A stretch of 64,000 bases of DNA from Phoronis australis (taxonomy: Eukaryota; Animalia; Phoronida): the NCBI GenBank assembly GCA_002633005.1, contig NMRA01000069.1, forward strand, positions 220,203 through 284,202, written 5' to 3'. A program made the position numbers and the translations under genes. Under the pieces are notes generated by a model. The model did no database searches. It worked only from the letters and a program-made list of their open reading frames with translations, and was not told the origin of the DNA. Of the stretch, positions 38,170 to 51,041 are shown in pieces. How positions within the stretch are numbered: the first letter of the stretch is position 1; each line of letters starts with the position of its first letter.

Positions 38170-41070
38170 TATGGCGGGATTATTATCTAAGACATTGCAG
38201 TGTATTACACATGGTTGTTGAACTTCTTGACCTCTCAAACGACATGTGTTGCATGAAGAGATGTTATCCTTCGGCCTTTACCTTTGGCTAATTCATTAAT
38301 CTAGTCAATGTTTTATTGATGACTTGTACCGTTAGTAAGATGTACATGCTCTTAGAATGGTAATGTGATGGTGAGGAAAGGCTCTTAGGTGTAGCCAGGA
38401 GTGACACAACTGAGACATGACACTCCTGTCAATAAGTCTGTGATGATGGAAACTTTCATTTCCATTCCCATGTTGTTCAGCGTGTCACAAAAGAATTCAT
38501 GGCAAACGAACAAAACAGTCATCTTTTCGCTGTTAAGATTCTCGATCCAACCACGAAGTGAACTGTCTACGCATAACGGGGGATTTCGTCATCTTTCACA
38601 AGTTTCTGCGTGACCTCTTCTTCCAGCACCGTGAACACGAGATATTAAATCACCTCCCCTGAAGGAGTGTAGGTAAGATCAAAGACTTGTGTGCATAACC
38701 CTGGAAAGCTTCATCCCCGTTGTTTGAGATTGTTCCTTGGCGGTTTGTCTGATCTGAAATATAGTGGTTTAATGTCTACCACATAGTAATGTAGCAACAC
38801 CAATAGCAGGCATGTTTTCACTCTAATTAGAGTGGCTTGATAATTTGAAATTTTCACACCAGTCTCCTCTTCTGTCTGAATAACTGTGCATCTCATTTTC
38901 TTCAATCGGTCTCTTATGGTTGGAATAGATTGTTATTGCTGATTCATAAGAAATCGTCTCTCATAGTTTTGGTTAAGTTCACAGTCGGGTAGATTTTTTA
39001 CTTGTCCCCTTTTCTTCTGGGTGTTGTCCTTTATATTGAAGAACCAGTACCAAATTCATCAGTTGCCACCTTAAATTTTAATTTTATTTTTGTGAAGTCA
39101 GCCTAGTTATTTTGCCATAAGTACGTGTAACCTCTCTTGTTTGGTCTGTGCGTGTAGCAAAGACCCTCCATCAAATCACATGTTGTTCAATCTCAATGTA
39201 TATTAGTGACATCGTGACATCAGGACCTTCTTCACACGATCAATCCTTTGTACATAAGTCATAGATGACGTGGGTGAGTTGTGGGTTGTCAACCTTTTTC
39301 AGGATGTGATAATCCTAAAAATGATGACACTCGGCGGATAACCCAACACTACTTGCAGAGTTACTTTAGACTGGGACACATTGACGAATCGCTTAAACAT
39401 AAATCAGAGTTCCGTCGTGACGTAACTGATGAGTAGTGGCACTTGCCAGGGTCTTCTCTTATCAAAAGAAGACCTGAACCTGGTATCGATGTACCTATTG
39501 CTCCTAGACAGTGGTGGCGATTCCTTCAATTTACAGTTTTAGATGCCGCACTCACTTGTGATCGCAGCTGCTTCAGGTACAGAGGTGGCGGTGATCAAAC
39601 AGAAGTTATATGGTTGCAAAGTAATAAATTAAGTTCAGAGTGGAATTCTTTGTCATCACATATCAACGATTGGCAAATACAGAAGTTGTGAAGCACTGTC
39701 CAAGATGAAGAGTATGCCAACCAGGAAATGTCAGCTGGATTGATTCCCAGATGTCAATCCCATATCACAGACCTGCAGATTTGGAATATCTCGGAACTCA
39801 GTGTTACAAAAAATCATGGTCGGCGAAGCCATTTTGTGACATCTGCTTTTGATAGTTGTACATTGTACAAGTCGTGGAGTTGACGTTTTGTCTCCCTGGT
39901 GTAGCTGTAGATATCATACCCGTTCCGTGGAAGATACAGCTCCTGTGTCATCAATTATGATGCTGTTGTGATCTAAAGTGCACCTGTCTAACATCAATGG
40001 TAGGCCTGATCCATCGGTTTCTCCTTAGAACAAATGGGGTTGAAAAGTCCCATATTTTTATGACACGTCATAAACCATGTCCCGCAGGTTCGTTAATAAA
40101 GATTTTGGCTGGTGTAATGCATCTGCACAGAACTACTAGTCGGGCGTGGAGCAATGGCAGCTGGAGGTCTAATTACTGGAACTATGTTCTGTACCATACA
40201 ACGAACACAACGTGTTCCGAAGTCTTCAAAGTAATGACACTTATGATTCAAGGTCAAGGTCGTCTAATTTTGGGAAGCGATCAGTTGCAGATGCTGCCTT
40301 TCTTTTGATATCACGTTAGGCGTAATGCAGTCTCTTTTACGGCCTTCTCTTATACCTCTTCTTTTTTATCTCTTAGCATGTGAATATATGTGTCTGTGAT
40401 GCCTTCTTTCACAGTGGAACTATACCCCTTCAAAGACCTAGAAGGAGTCGTCATGTCGTTCCTTAGTAGTGGTTTCAGGCGGTTGTTGGCATAGGAATCT
40501 CGTACATTTTGCGTCACGTTTGTGACAACATTGTCCTTTCCACTTCATGTGCCGCATTTTTGGAAACGAGAGCTCTTTATCGCTGTCTCGCGGACGTCCG
40601 GATTTCTTACTTAATGGATCCACACCTTTTTGGAAGCGCGTCGATACGTTACTCCAGAAAATAAGTTACATTGATGAATACACATGCAGTCAATTGCAAG
40701 ACGATTTCCATAGCAATACACAAACCGTCCATTCATTGCCACGAACCAAGTATCGTCGGCACCGATTCTCACAACATTCCAATGTCGCCAGTCTTTACGT
40801 ACGTGTACCTGTAGTCAAACTTGAAAGTCACCATTGCTCCAGAAAAAACAGCTCTTGAAAGGTAAAGTCTGGGATGATTGGTTTGGTTCTCGTATTTTTT
40901 ATTCCTGTTGGTTCAGGAAGTCATGTTGCAGATCACGTGCTTTCTACAGCATACCCGTATGTACCTTGCACATTCTGTTACTTGGGTTTTGTGTTAAACT
41001 CTGTTCAATAATGAATATCGTCGAAATGATACCGCCACGTTACTCACCCTTTAAGACCACTGACTGGCAT
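38170..41070 (-). mobile_element. Degenerate Academ-like DNA transposon coding region (many frameshifts and stops)
   Basis: Collinear fragments on the minus strand: TLECCENR / GRFVYCYGNRLAIDC (~40780-40685), SGRPRDSDKELSF (~40604-40566), DHNSIIIDDTG+FHGTGMISTATPG (39973-39894), LLYLPIVDM (39685-39659), PLYLK, LGAIGTSIPGSGL (39507-39469), ATLIRVKTCLLLVLLHYYVVDIKPLYFRSDK (ORF 38711-38905), VIHCN (~38200). These match motif order I recall for Academ-type proteins (DHN..T.DG..TFHGMG; FDQPLY.KA; LG.IG.LM.GSGL; GEDTDLLVLL; Cys-rich tail). Family assignment is from memory, not a search. Confidence 0.6.
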
Positions 41071-44000
41071 AAAATATTTCACTGTTATAATTATTGACGC
41101 AGTTAAAACTGCTTTGTTGGTTTTTAAAACGTCACGGCAGCTATCTTGGAAATTGTGTGGTCTTAACCAATTTCTTGTGATCAGACGTTTTGCCTATTAG
41201 TTAGTGTACCAAGCAGAGTATAAAACCATTGTAAACCTTTTTGTTGCAATTTTTGTGTGTTGGGGGGGGGGTTTGTAACAAAACGACCCATTCAAACTCT
41301 AACATGGTGACCGCTAAAACGTTAAATGGCATGAGACGTTCGAGAAAGTTCTGAATCGCGTCCTGAATTCTTTAAGAGCCACCGCAGACGGGGAGGTACA
41401 TGTACGAGCTGAAGTGTGTGCCTCAATTGAACGGTAGCTGAACTGACGGTTCAAGTCAAGGCGTGTGTGTAACAACAACAATTGAATAGACTAGCTATAG
41501 TATCTTTGCCACTAGTTCACCTTCACTTGAGCTGCCAGCTCAGCTATCGTTCGCTTGAGACAGACAGCTCGGTTTGTAGCTCTATGTCTGCGGTCTCTCT
41601 TACGTTTCAGAGAGCGCCTGTGCTTGGCCATCAAGGCCTTTTCAATTTTGTGATTATCATTGCTGCCAAAATGAAGACCTCGAAGGTTGAAAGTCATAAG
41701 TTTATTACCTTTAGTTCGCTGTCGGACATGAAGCTGTTACGTGATTACAAACGGCAGGTCATTACTTTCATTCTTGTAAAGTTTCCAAGGATTAACAATG
41801 GCCATATTATCAGATGCATTTAATGTTACACAGGTGGTCATAAAATAAAATTTGGGGTCAAGAACCTTAAAACACAAGGGCGTAAAACCTTCATCAACTG
41901 TCACTGTTGATAATTATTTATATGTCTGCTTCTCCAGGTCTAAGTAGGAAAAGGTTAAAAGACGTCGATACTAGGACTAATTGTTGTTTTCAATGTCATA
42001 CATGCATATATCAACAGGAATCCATACTGTCGAATTACATAGCCACCTATGCCAACAAAACAATGCCTGTTGATATTGGGGGTCATACGCGCAAATATTT
42101 TACCTGAATTGTCTTTTTTTCTCGTCAGAAACACGAAAAATTCACCGTAGATAGCGTCTCGCAGATAACCGTATTTCCCATAATGACCACAGAGGCTTTT
42201 TACTGTAACTGGGAATGAGTTGTATGTGTTGCTATCAGTTAAATAATGGTGTTTTGAGCATTTTTAATTGAGGCATTACGTGAAAATTTTAAAAAATGGT
42301 GTTACGTCGTGGGCGGAAGACATCTCCACTAGTCACGTCAGAGTAGCCGCAACGGAGTTGCGCCAATGTGGGTAGAAATGTTTCTAGAATTCACTCAGCT
42401 AGGCAATTAAGTGTTGAATGCGATCAAAACAAAACGGTCTGCAACTTTTTAATTCCGAAAAGCCATGAAAAATCCACTCGCGGTCTTGACAGTCGGTGGC
42501 CGGGGAATCGAGCCCAACACGGAGACTGGAGTCGATTAACGTTGAAATGCGTCGCTCGCTTGGTTACTCAGTAATTACGTGTATTAACATTTCACAAATA
42601 AGAATTGTAAACTCAAACACGTTGGCAGAATGTATAGTTGCAACATTGCTTCGTGCCCGCCAGTAGGCGAGAGTGAAAGCCAGTAAAGGTTTACTGAAAC
42701 GTGTGCGTCACACAATTCTTACACAGATGTGTGAAAATAGCTTGTTAGCTTACTGATTGTGAAGACAGAAACACGGGCAGGACGGGTAGACGTTATAAAT
42801 GACTTCAACAATGATTTCTCCACTGCATGCTATGTAACCTAAGCGGGAAATTTCATGGAGATACGTAAATACGTAAAACGATTAAAAAAATTGGAGTGCA
42901 TTTATACCAATTTTTTATTTTGTTTTCACATCATCTTTTTATCACCTTCACTACTGTTTCGGCACCATTGTTTGAATAGTAAATACCCGTCTCCGGGCTG
43001 CAAGAGACTCTTGGTAAAAAAAATTCAAGCTGTGTCAAGATAGTTTAGAGTGAACAAACTTAAGATTTTGTCAACATCGAGTTCACCTGCAACTTCCAGT
43101 CATTATCGATCGGGTTGTATTTTTTACATTTCCGTTTTTATCGCAACGGTGAATTAACTGCTTCATCTGGCAACAGTATCGACACGGTTACGACTGGCAT
43201 CGCCGGTTGTCCTAGGTAAGATCGCAACCCATGACATCACTTGGCGGGAAACTAGTGAATTAACAAATTTTACTTTGAATTTAAAATCTTACAGTTATTG
43301 TGTTACAAAAGCAATTGTTGGTCCAGCTTGGTTTTGTGCCATACATGAAGGAGTCGAAACCACAGAAACTAAACAACAGCGGACTAGAAGCTCTTTAAAG
43401 TTTCGTTTTTATCCTTGTGCTAACTAGCACTTTGATTACGTGTCACATTTATGTACAGTTTTCAATTTCGCACTAACGAGCGCCGAGATGAAGAGAACGG
43501 AATTTCGATCGTTTGTTGTAACTAGGAAGAATAACAGAGTGCTCGGGCTGCGGCCGGCCCATACACCTCCTGTCGAAAGGTTCAAAAACACGTGATATAG
43601 GCAGTTGGCAACCAAGCGAACGTTTGTTTGAAAAGCAAACAATGAGCGAGTGACGTCTGATTCAACTACATTGACCGGTGTTTTGCTAAAGACGATATCC
43701 CAATATAATTTCACCTTGATAGTTGTAACAAGTGAATAAAGCGGACCTTGAAAGAACAAACGATTAGACAAAAACATTCCGGGTTTGACAAAGAAGACGA
43801 ATTCTCCGCATCTGTCATTCTTGGTATCCGTGGATACACAGATAATTAGCCGGAGGCATGGCCTTTACGTTTCTTATCACAGCTTTCATTTCTCTGAAAA
43901 CGCCCGTTCAAGAAAAAGCAAAAAGTTGTCACATTACAGAAAAAATATTTTCACATCAGTCACCTGGCAAATAAAATTATTTACTTGACCTTTGATCAAC

Positions 44001-47000
44001 CCGTGATTTATCGCTACTTTCTGGGACAATCCGAATGGATGTATCCTAGAAGGTTCCTGTCATCCTATATGGTTAGTGTTTAGTTTAAAGGGTTGACATG
44101 CAGTAAGTAAAATTTTCTATCAGTATCAGGGATATTCCAGGACTGTGCCTTTGCGCCATTAGCGCATGAAAAAAATGATAAAAAGGTACAAGTATACCTC
44201 CGCACTGCGCTCCCCCCCGGGCGCATCTTTTAAAACGCAACACTTTTCCAAAAATGCAAGATTCTAGTCAACTTAGTCGGGTAAAACATGACTCTGTTCT
44301 TATTTTGATTGCCCTTCTGGTTTCTGTTTCATATATGATGCCACTTTGATTACACTGTCTGCTTGGCACAAACTTTTTGAAAAAGGCACACTTTTTATCG
44401 TCAGGTGCGCCCAAAGCCGAGTGCACAGGTTCAAACCTGGTCGGAAATATCCCTGCAATATACTCGCGTGCACATAAGTCACCCAAAACACAGAAAATGC
44501 AACATCGTTGTAACTAGACATTGCAGTACCTATATAGCCGTACATTTTCTCAAGTAAATTGACAATCACAAGGCTGAGACGTTTAGTTAGGAAGCTTAGT
44601 TCAACAAAGATCAAATGGAAATGATGTTTTGAAACGCATGGTCACTAGACTTAGCCCGCCTCGGACCCTTTTGCCCCTAGACGATGATTGAAGCATAGGG
44701 TTGTAGTATTGCATTACTCAAACACTTTTAGGTAGTAATGGTTTTACATTTGATCAATAACACAAGTGACCCTCTCTGCTGATTCTGTGGCCAAGAGCCC
44801 GGAGCACGATGACGTCATTTATCTACAGTGCATTCGTACTCATGGTGACTTTTACTGATCTTGCTATAACAATGCCGCAATCTTATGTATTCAAAAGAAC
44901 GTGTAAACGTTGAATCTATAAGCAGATCAACTGAAATACGATTATTTTGTATAGATACGACATTAAAGCAAAAGTGACGGGTTTAAAGAAAAATGGAATG
45001 TGAAAAGGAAATTGTTTAGGTTTTTTGAGTATGTTTATAATGGCTTGCTATGGAAAACTGAATTCACTATTATTTCAAATATTGTTTCAATGTAGTGCGA
45101 CTGAATCAAGTAAAAAAACTCATGCTTTTGTTCTCCATGATTTTTAAGATGAGGTTCGGACACTTCAGTGCTATTTCTTGGGAGTAATGAAAATTTAACA
45201 GAAAAGTAACAACAAAACACAACCCGTGGATACATAGAATGTATTCATTCAGAAAGACGTGTTCCTTAATCTGCGGCAGAATGGCTCATTCGTGGTGAAC
45301 CAGGGAACAGACGCATTTTCAGTACGCCGAGGCCAGTACTATATCTGCCAGTAATAGGGCTCTTCAATCTCCCAGTTGATAACGATTTGATGGTTTCGCT
45401 ACAAATTGAAGGGAGACAATCTTTAGCGACTGCAACTCATTTCCTTGTCAGATCTGTCAAATTCGATTACGCCTGCCTTGTTTTGGCGCTCTCTTTTGAG
45501 AGCGCTGCGACATGTTTTGAGTAACGTTGCGTGTAATGAATTTAATTTCCCATAATTTTGTCCGTAAACCTTCCAACTCTTTGATGACGCCTTCCCGTAA
45601 AGAAACGGCGCGTAGACTATTCCCCGCGCTGCATAAGGTCAAACAAAAGATGTATGGCCGAATTGCGCACCCAGGAGTTAACCCACTACATGGGAACCTT
45701 AAGTAATTGTCGGTCGGAAGTTCTTGCGTCAAGAGACCTGTACAAGGTAAACAGTTATTAGTACAACATGTTTTTTATCAGCCAAGCGTCGACTTGCAGC
45801 AGCTACCGTGTTCATGATTTTAGTGGTATTTTTTCGAGATGTACTTCGCTTTGAAGAAGATAAGGTGCACAGCTTTTCGTTGAACATTTAAGTAGAAAGG
45901 GAAGAAACGTTTCGCGTTCCGTCTACTTCCTAATAGCGGGCGCATGCGCATAGGTAATTGCCTTGGGGCTCTCACGATGACAATGTTTGTTTTTATATAA
46001 TTATACTTCACAATTTGTGTTTAAGTTAATAAATACACCAACTCTCTTTCATAACGAGTCTATATGCTAATTGCAGGTCGAGGAGCTTGCGTTCGAGAGT
46101 TCGCGTAGACGAAAATATCCAGTCAATCAAGTTCGACGCAAATTGGTGCCGTCTAGAAAGAAATGGCTTTATTATTCAAGCACTCTGCATATGGGTCTTA
46201 ATGAAACCAAACTAACGATCGTATTACTGATCACATTGGCAATGTTTTGCAGCGGAATTAACCGATGTTTTGGGTTAACATATGCACTTTGACATAAGGT
46301 TCCTGCGCCTGATAAACAAACTAAAGCAAATCTTTTGAAAAATAATTAGGTAACCTATAAGTGGCATCTTAACAAGCTCAAACAGTTTATTTCAACCGCC
46401 TGTCTTTGTTTTCCCAATCATCGATACGAGTAGATGTGTTAATTTCCCAAACCTGTTTGTTTCTTTGTTTGGTTGTCCATTTGTTTTTGTTTATTTGCAT
46501 GTTTATTTGACATAGTCAAATTCATAAAAACATGGATATAAAGTTTTGCTTTCCACGATAAATGTTATTGTTTTATTTTGTCACATCATAACGAACGATT
46601 ATGAACAAAAAAATGATTATTGGACTTTGTACCAAAATGCAGTACTACACATTCACTATAATTCAGGTGATCTCTGACAGTTTACGCCATCTCACAGTAT
46701 AGGTTTAACTATCGCTGTTATCCTAAACACATCCGTTGAAAGCGATCTCACACTACAGAGTTTGATTTTTTAGTCAAGGTAAACTCTGTAGTAAACGCCA
46801 CGCATGGTAAACATTGATAAGCGTATCATTCACTAGTCAACGGAGAAACGGCAAAATATTGTAATCACTTCGACGGTTAAGTAAATTTAAGACTTAATTC
46901 GAAATTTTAATAATTAAGATCTGTTTAAGTCAAAAGAGAGTCTAGAGAGAGGCAGACTTCTTAATTGTAATCGAAGAGGCGACGCAAATTCACAGACGCA

Positions 47001-50000
47001 GCAATTCGACATCAAAGATAATGTGCTTCATTAGGCGATTTATCAAATTTGTTTTTATAGGTATATGGCTACCTTTCGTGGTTGAGCGGCGTCTATGAAA
47101 ATTATTCCCACAGGAGTCGCTCCGACTCATTGGTTACGAATAGAGTTATTTCTTGAGTGAGACTCGTTGTCTAAGAAAAAGATCTATGAATGAATAAATA
47201 AATTTCCCCGAAAGAAAACTACGGCAAGGTCAAAATTTCACAACAATGCCCCTCCTCTAGAAATCCATATCCGTATGATATCGATCGGGTAATTTGCTAG
47301 CATTTCGAATGCAAAGTGATGGCTGATACCCCGGCCCATATGCAATTTCAGATTTCAACAGAAAATGATTTGTTTTGCTCAAACTGTTGCAGTATAGAGC
47401 CGCATTGACAAAATGGGCCCAGGTGAAGCAATTAAGATTATTTTCACGACACCATTTGTAGATTAGGTGAACCCATTGACACGCCGAGCTTCAACCTTAC
47501 CGTTGTCTGATCGATTCGAACGTCTGTATTACAAGTGCCCCAAGTGCATTGTAAATCCGTCTGAACGTTTTCGTTCACAACCAATGTGGGTGGGACAAAG
47601 ATGGCCGGTTATCGCGGTGTTTACATGTTCCCTCGACCTGACTGAATGGAATTTTTAGTTTGAATCGATTTACCTGTCAGAACTATCCATCGCATTCTTT
47701 TTAATTGAAATTGTAAGACTTAAATGTAGCTGCGCACCTGTTTCGCGCATGACTTGTTCATTACTTTTCGTACTAGTTGCTGACTCTATAATTTGCATGC
47801 AACAGAGCGGTATTTCACGCCCGCGAGACTTGCACGTGCGTGATGCTTGTAAATGACGTATATACCTGACGCGACACCGGGTTTTGCATATTACGTATCC
47901 CACATTTGAGATGTCAATTTGTTTGGAAATGCGCTCAAATTCTGCTGCGAAAGACGGTTTCAATAAAATTCACGTAGCGAGAACTCATTAGAAGTGAAAG
48001 CTCACTGTCAATACTTATTTACGGATCAAACAGAGTAAATGAACGACTGTTAGAGACGGCTATTGAGTTTTGTATTATCAATTTAAGTTTGGTTCTCAGC
48101 ATCGTTAGCGATATTTGTTCATCCAAGACGGTCGATAAATTTCAAACCTAACTAAGTTGGTTTGTAGATTTATCTAAATTTATGTTAACCTTTCATATAG
48201 TAATAATATTTTTGTTTTTAACTATACTATAATGTATTCCAACACATTCCTTGTGATCCGAAGTAACTTAAGCACCGAAACGTTAACATCGAAAATTCTG
48301 CAAATTGATTCGATTCACATTCAGGAACAAACGTGGTTTGCGTCTGGGCGAAAGCAAGTACAGTAACACCTTGTTTGTGGTATTTTTTCAAGGGACTAAA
48401 CATTTGCAACACTTCCGCTAATGTCTAAAAGTCGTGTTTCTCTCAATGTTTTGCAACTATAAGTAGACCCCCCGGGTCAGCTTAGTGGCTTACACAGTAC
48501 AAGCATAGCAATTCTGCATAACTTTTGCTTTATTTTTCACATCTGTGAGAGATGTCATAACGCAAAATATTCACCAAATTCCCGAGGGTGATCAGTTTTA
48601 GACGCTGAAGATTTATATACCTGCCAGCCAATCAGAGGTATCCCAATGAAATCTTTGTTATGCCTTGGAAAATGTACTTTGGGCATAATATTCCCAAGAC
48701 TCCGTCATAAAAATTGGAACTGTTTGGTTAGATTAGATATTTTTAAAGCATTGAACCTACTACAAAAACGGTAGTGTGTTCGACTGTTAAACGTCCAATA
48801 AACCGAATTGTACCTTCTTTCAAAAACGCTTTTGGTTTAGATAAAGCCGATTTCACCTTGTGCTTTACTTAGATTAGTCGTGATTTCTAGGCTTAGGTTT
48901 ATCTCACTGTTCGTTATTGTAACTTCAGACCTACTGGTAATGTGGGTTAGTCTGAGTCGACGAAGAACGTTTTATCGTAACGAGTAAAGGATAAAAGCAT
49001 GATGACGAGGCTTTGAAAGAACAAACGGTTTAAAAAGTCGCCATAGCGTTTACGCTAACCTATCAAAAGACAGTACCTTTCGAGAGCGAAACACAATTTT
49101 CATTCAAGCGACTTGCATCTATCCGTCAAGTGTTAAATGGCCGGTGAAACCTTTCAGATGAAGCTATTTCTACACTTCTGCGAAGCATTGTTCCGTATGA
49201 TTCTGTTTCACGCCCATACAGTTGGAACACGTGTTGCATCGCACAGTGTTATGGCATATTGCAACTTGTCCTTAAATAAGTATTTATAGACACGGGGCTA
49301 CAGGTAGAAACCTACGGTGGAACTCACTTTGGCCTAAATTTTACAAACAAAAATCTTACCTTTGCGAGGCTATTTGCATCGCTAAATTGGAATGCGCTTT
49401 CTTTACACCATAAGATGGATCGATTAACGTTGTTTGTTTGCAATATTAATCAACAGATTTTCGACAATCTCTCCTGGAGACAATTTCTCGAAGCGACAAT
49501 TGCCTTTTGATTGTTGGCGAACAATCAGTCTACCAATGGCTTAGCGTCATTTAGTGAAACATGCTAAGCCAACCGTTGACTGTTTTAGCTAAAAGTCAGA
49601 AAATCTGTCTACAATTAGAAGCCAAAGCACAAAAATTCCTTGCCTGCTCGTGAGCAGACTAAAAACAAAGACAAAAGACAAAAAGATAAATTTTACTTAA
49701 TAGACTCTTCGAGAATCAGACCTTGGCCAGGTGGCGCCAATTTTTCATGAGTCAACCGCAAATTATCTTAGCATGCGGACACGACCTCGCCTACGGGAAC
49801 CCACCGAATGTCTCTTCGATCAGGACAGTTGAACAAGGAAATAGTTTGCATACGACAGGGAGGGGGCAATATTGGCAGGCGTAAACGATGTTTAATAAAA
49901 GAGTATTGTGTTTTGGATTTCTCAGCGGCGTTATGAAACGGCAGATTGGACCTGCGAACATTTACAAAGGCCACTTGAATAGAACAGAGCGTGATTGTTT

Positions 50001-50964
50001 TATAATCCGGATACGCTTCGCGATGAGCGAAGGTGGAGTACTGCATTTTTTGAAATTATCTGTTTTGCAAATATGTCCAGCGGCAATCACCACGAGAACG
50101 AATTGCTGATAGCAAATTACAGGAGTATTTGAAAGACAAGAGGGGCGTTCACGCATCACGAAGACTAGCCATGCACGTGCAACAAGAGTTCGTAACACCT
50201 ACGGCGATATCTCTCGTAATCCAGCACGATCTGTCTTTTAACTCTAACAGAGCAAGCTCAAGAAATCATCCAACAGTTATTTACAGTCGGGCTTGAATGT
50301 ACGCCACCTCTCCAAATTTCACTAAGAAGTGGCAAATATAGGATTGACCGTATGTTTTGAGCTAGATGTGCTGGTTGTGAATGATAATATGATAATTGGT
50401 TGATTTTTTTCGCTTGCACCGAGTAAAAAGTTGTTGACCTTTTAAATGGTCCATTTTAATGTTGGTGAGTGCGCACAGGGGCACCGCATCCGCCAACCAG
50501 GTTTTACTGTACCCTAGCAGATTGTTTCTCAAACTATCTCAGAGATCTCGAGAAAAAAATTACTGAGGAAAATGGCGAAGTCCGAACAAGTCGATCGATT
50601 TTCGGAAGGTATTCAAATCTATGTAGTGCCCTCTGTTGTTGTTGTAATCACCAAGAAGATATTTTTGAACCAGTACCAATTTATATACATTCGAGTCGAA
50701 CTACCCTTGGCCTCTGTTAGCTGTTTGATTTTTTAAACAAGATGATAACTATTTTTAAGTGACTCCTGAAATTTAGGCAAACCTTAACCTCAACTACTTC
50801 CGGGTGGCAAAATAAAATTCAACAGAAAATTTCAGTACCCCTTTAAATGTAATGAAATGCGGAATTAGAATTCATAGGTTTTCTGTGTACAATTTTAAAC
50901 CACAGAAAAGTTTCAACTATCTCTTCTACAGCAATGCAAACAACAGTGCAATATACTTGTTTTT

Positions 50965-51041
50965 CACACACCCACACGCGCACACGCACACACGCGCACG
51001 CAAGTGCACGCACGCACACATACACACACGCGCGCACACAC
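50965..51041. repeat. Imperfect (CA/CG)n microsatellite
   Basis: Direct reading. Confidence 0.9.

Noticed and set aside
41512-41697. Basic/coiled-coil ORF (KHRRSLKRKRDRRHR...LKRTIAELAAQVK)
   Set aside because: Short, no recognisable domain or clear acceptor; may be a transposon remnant but cannot be supported.
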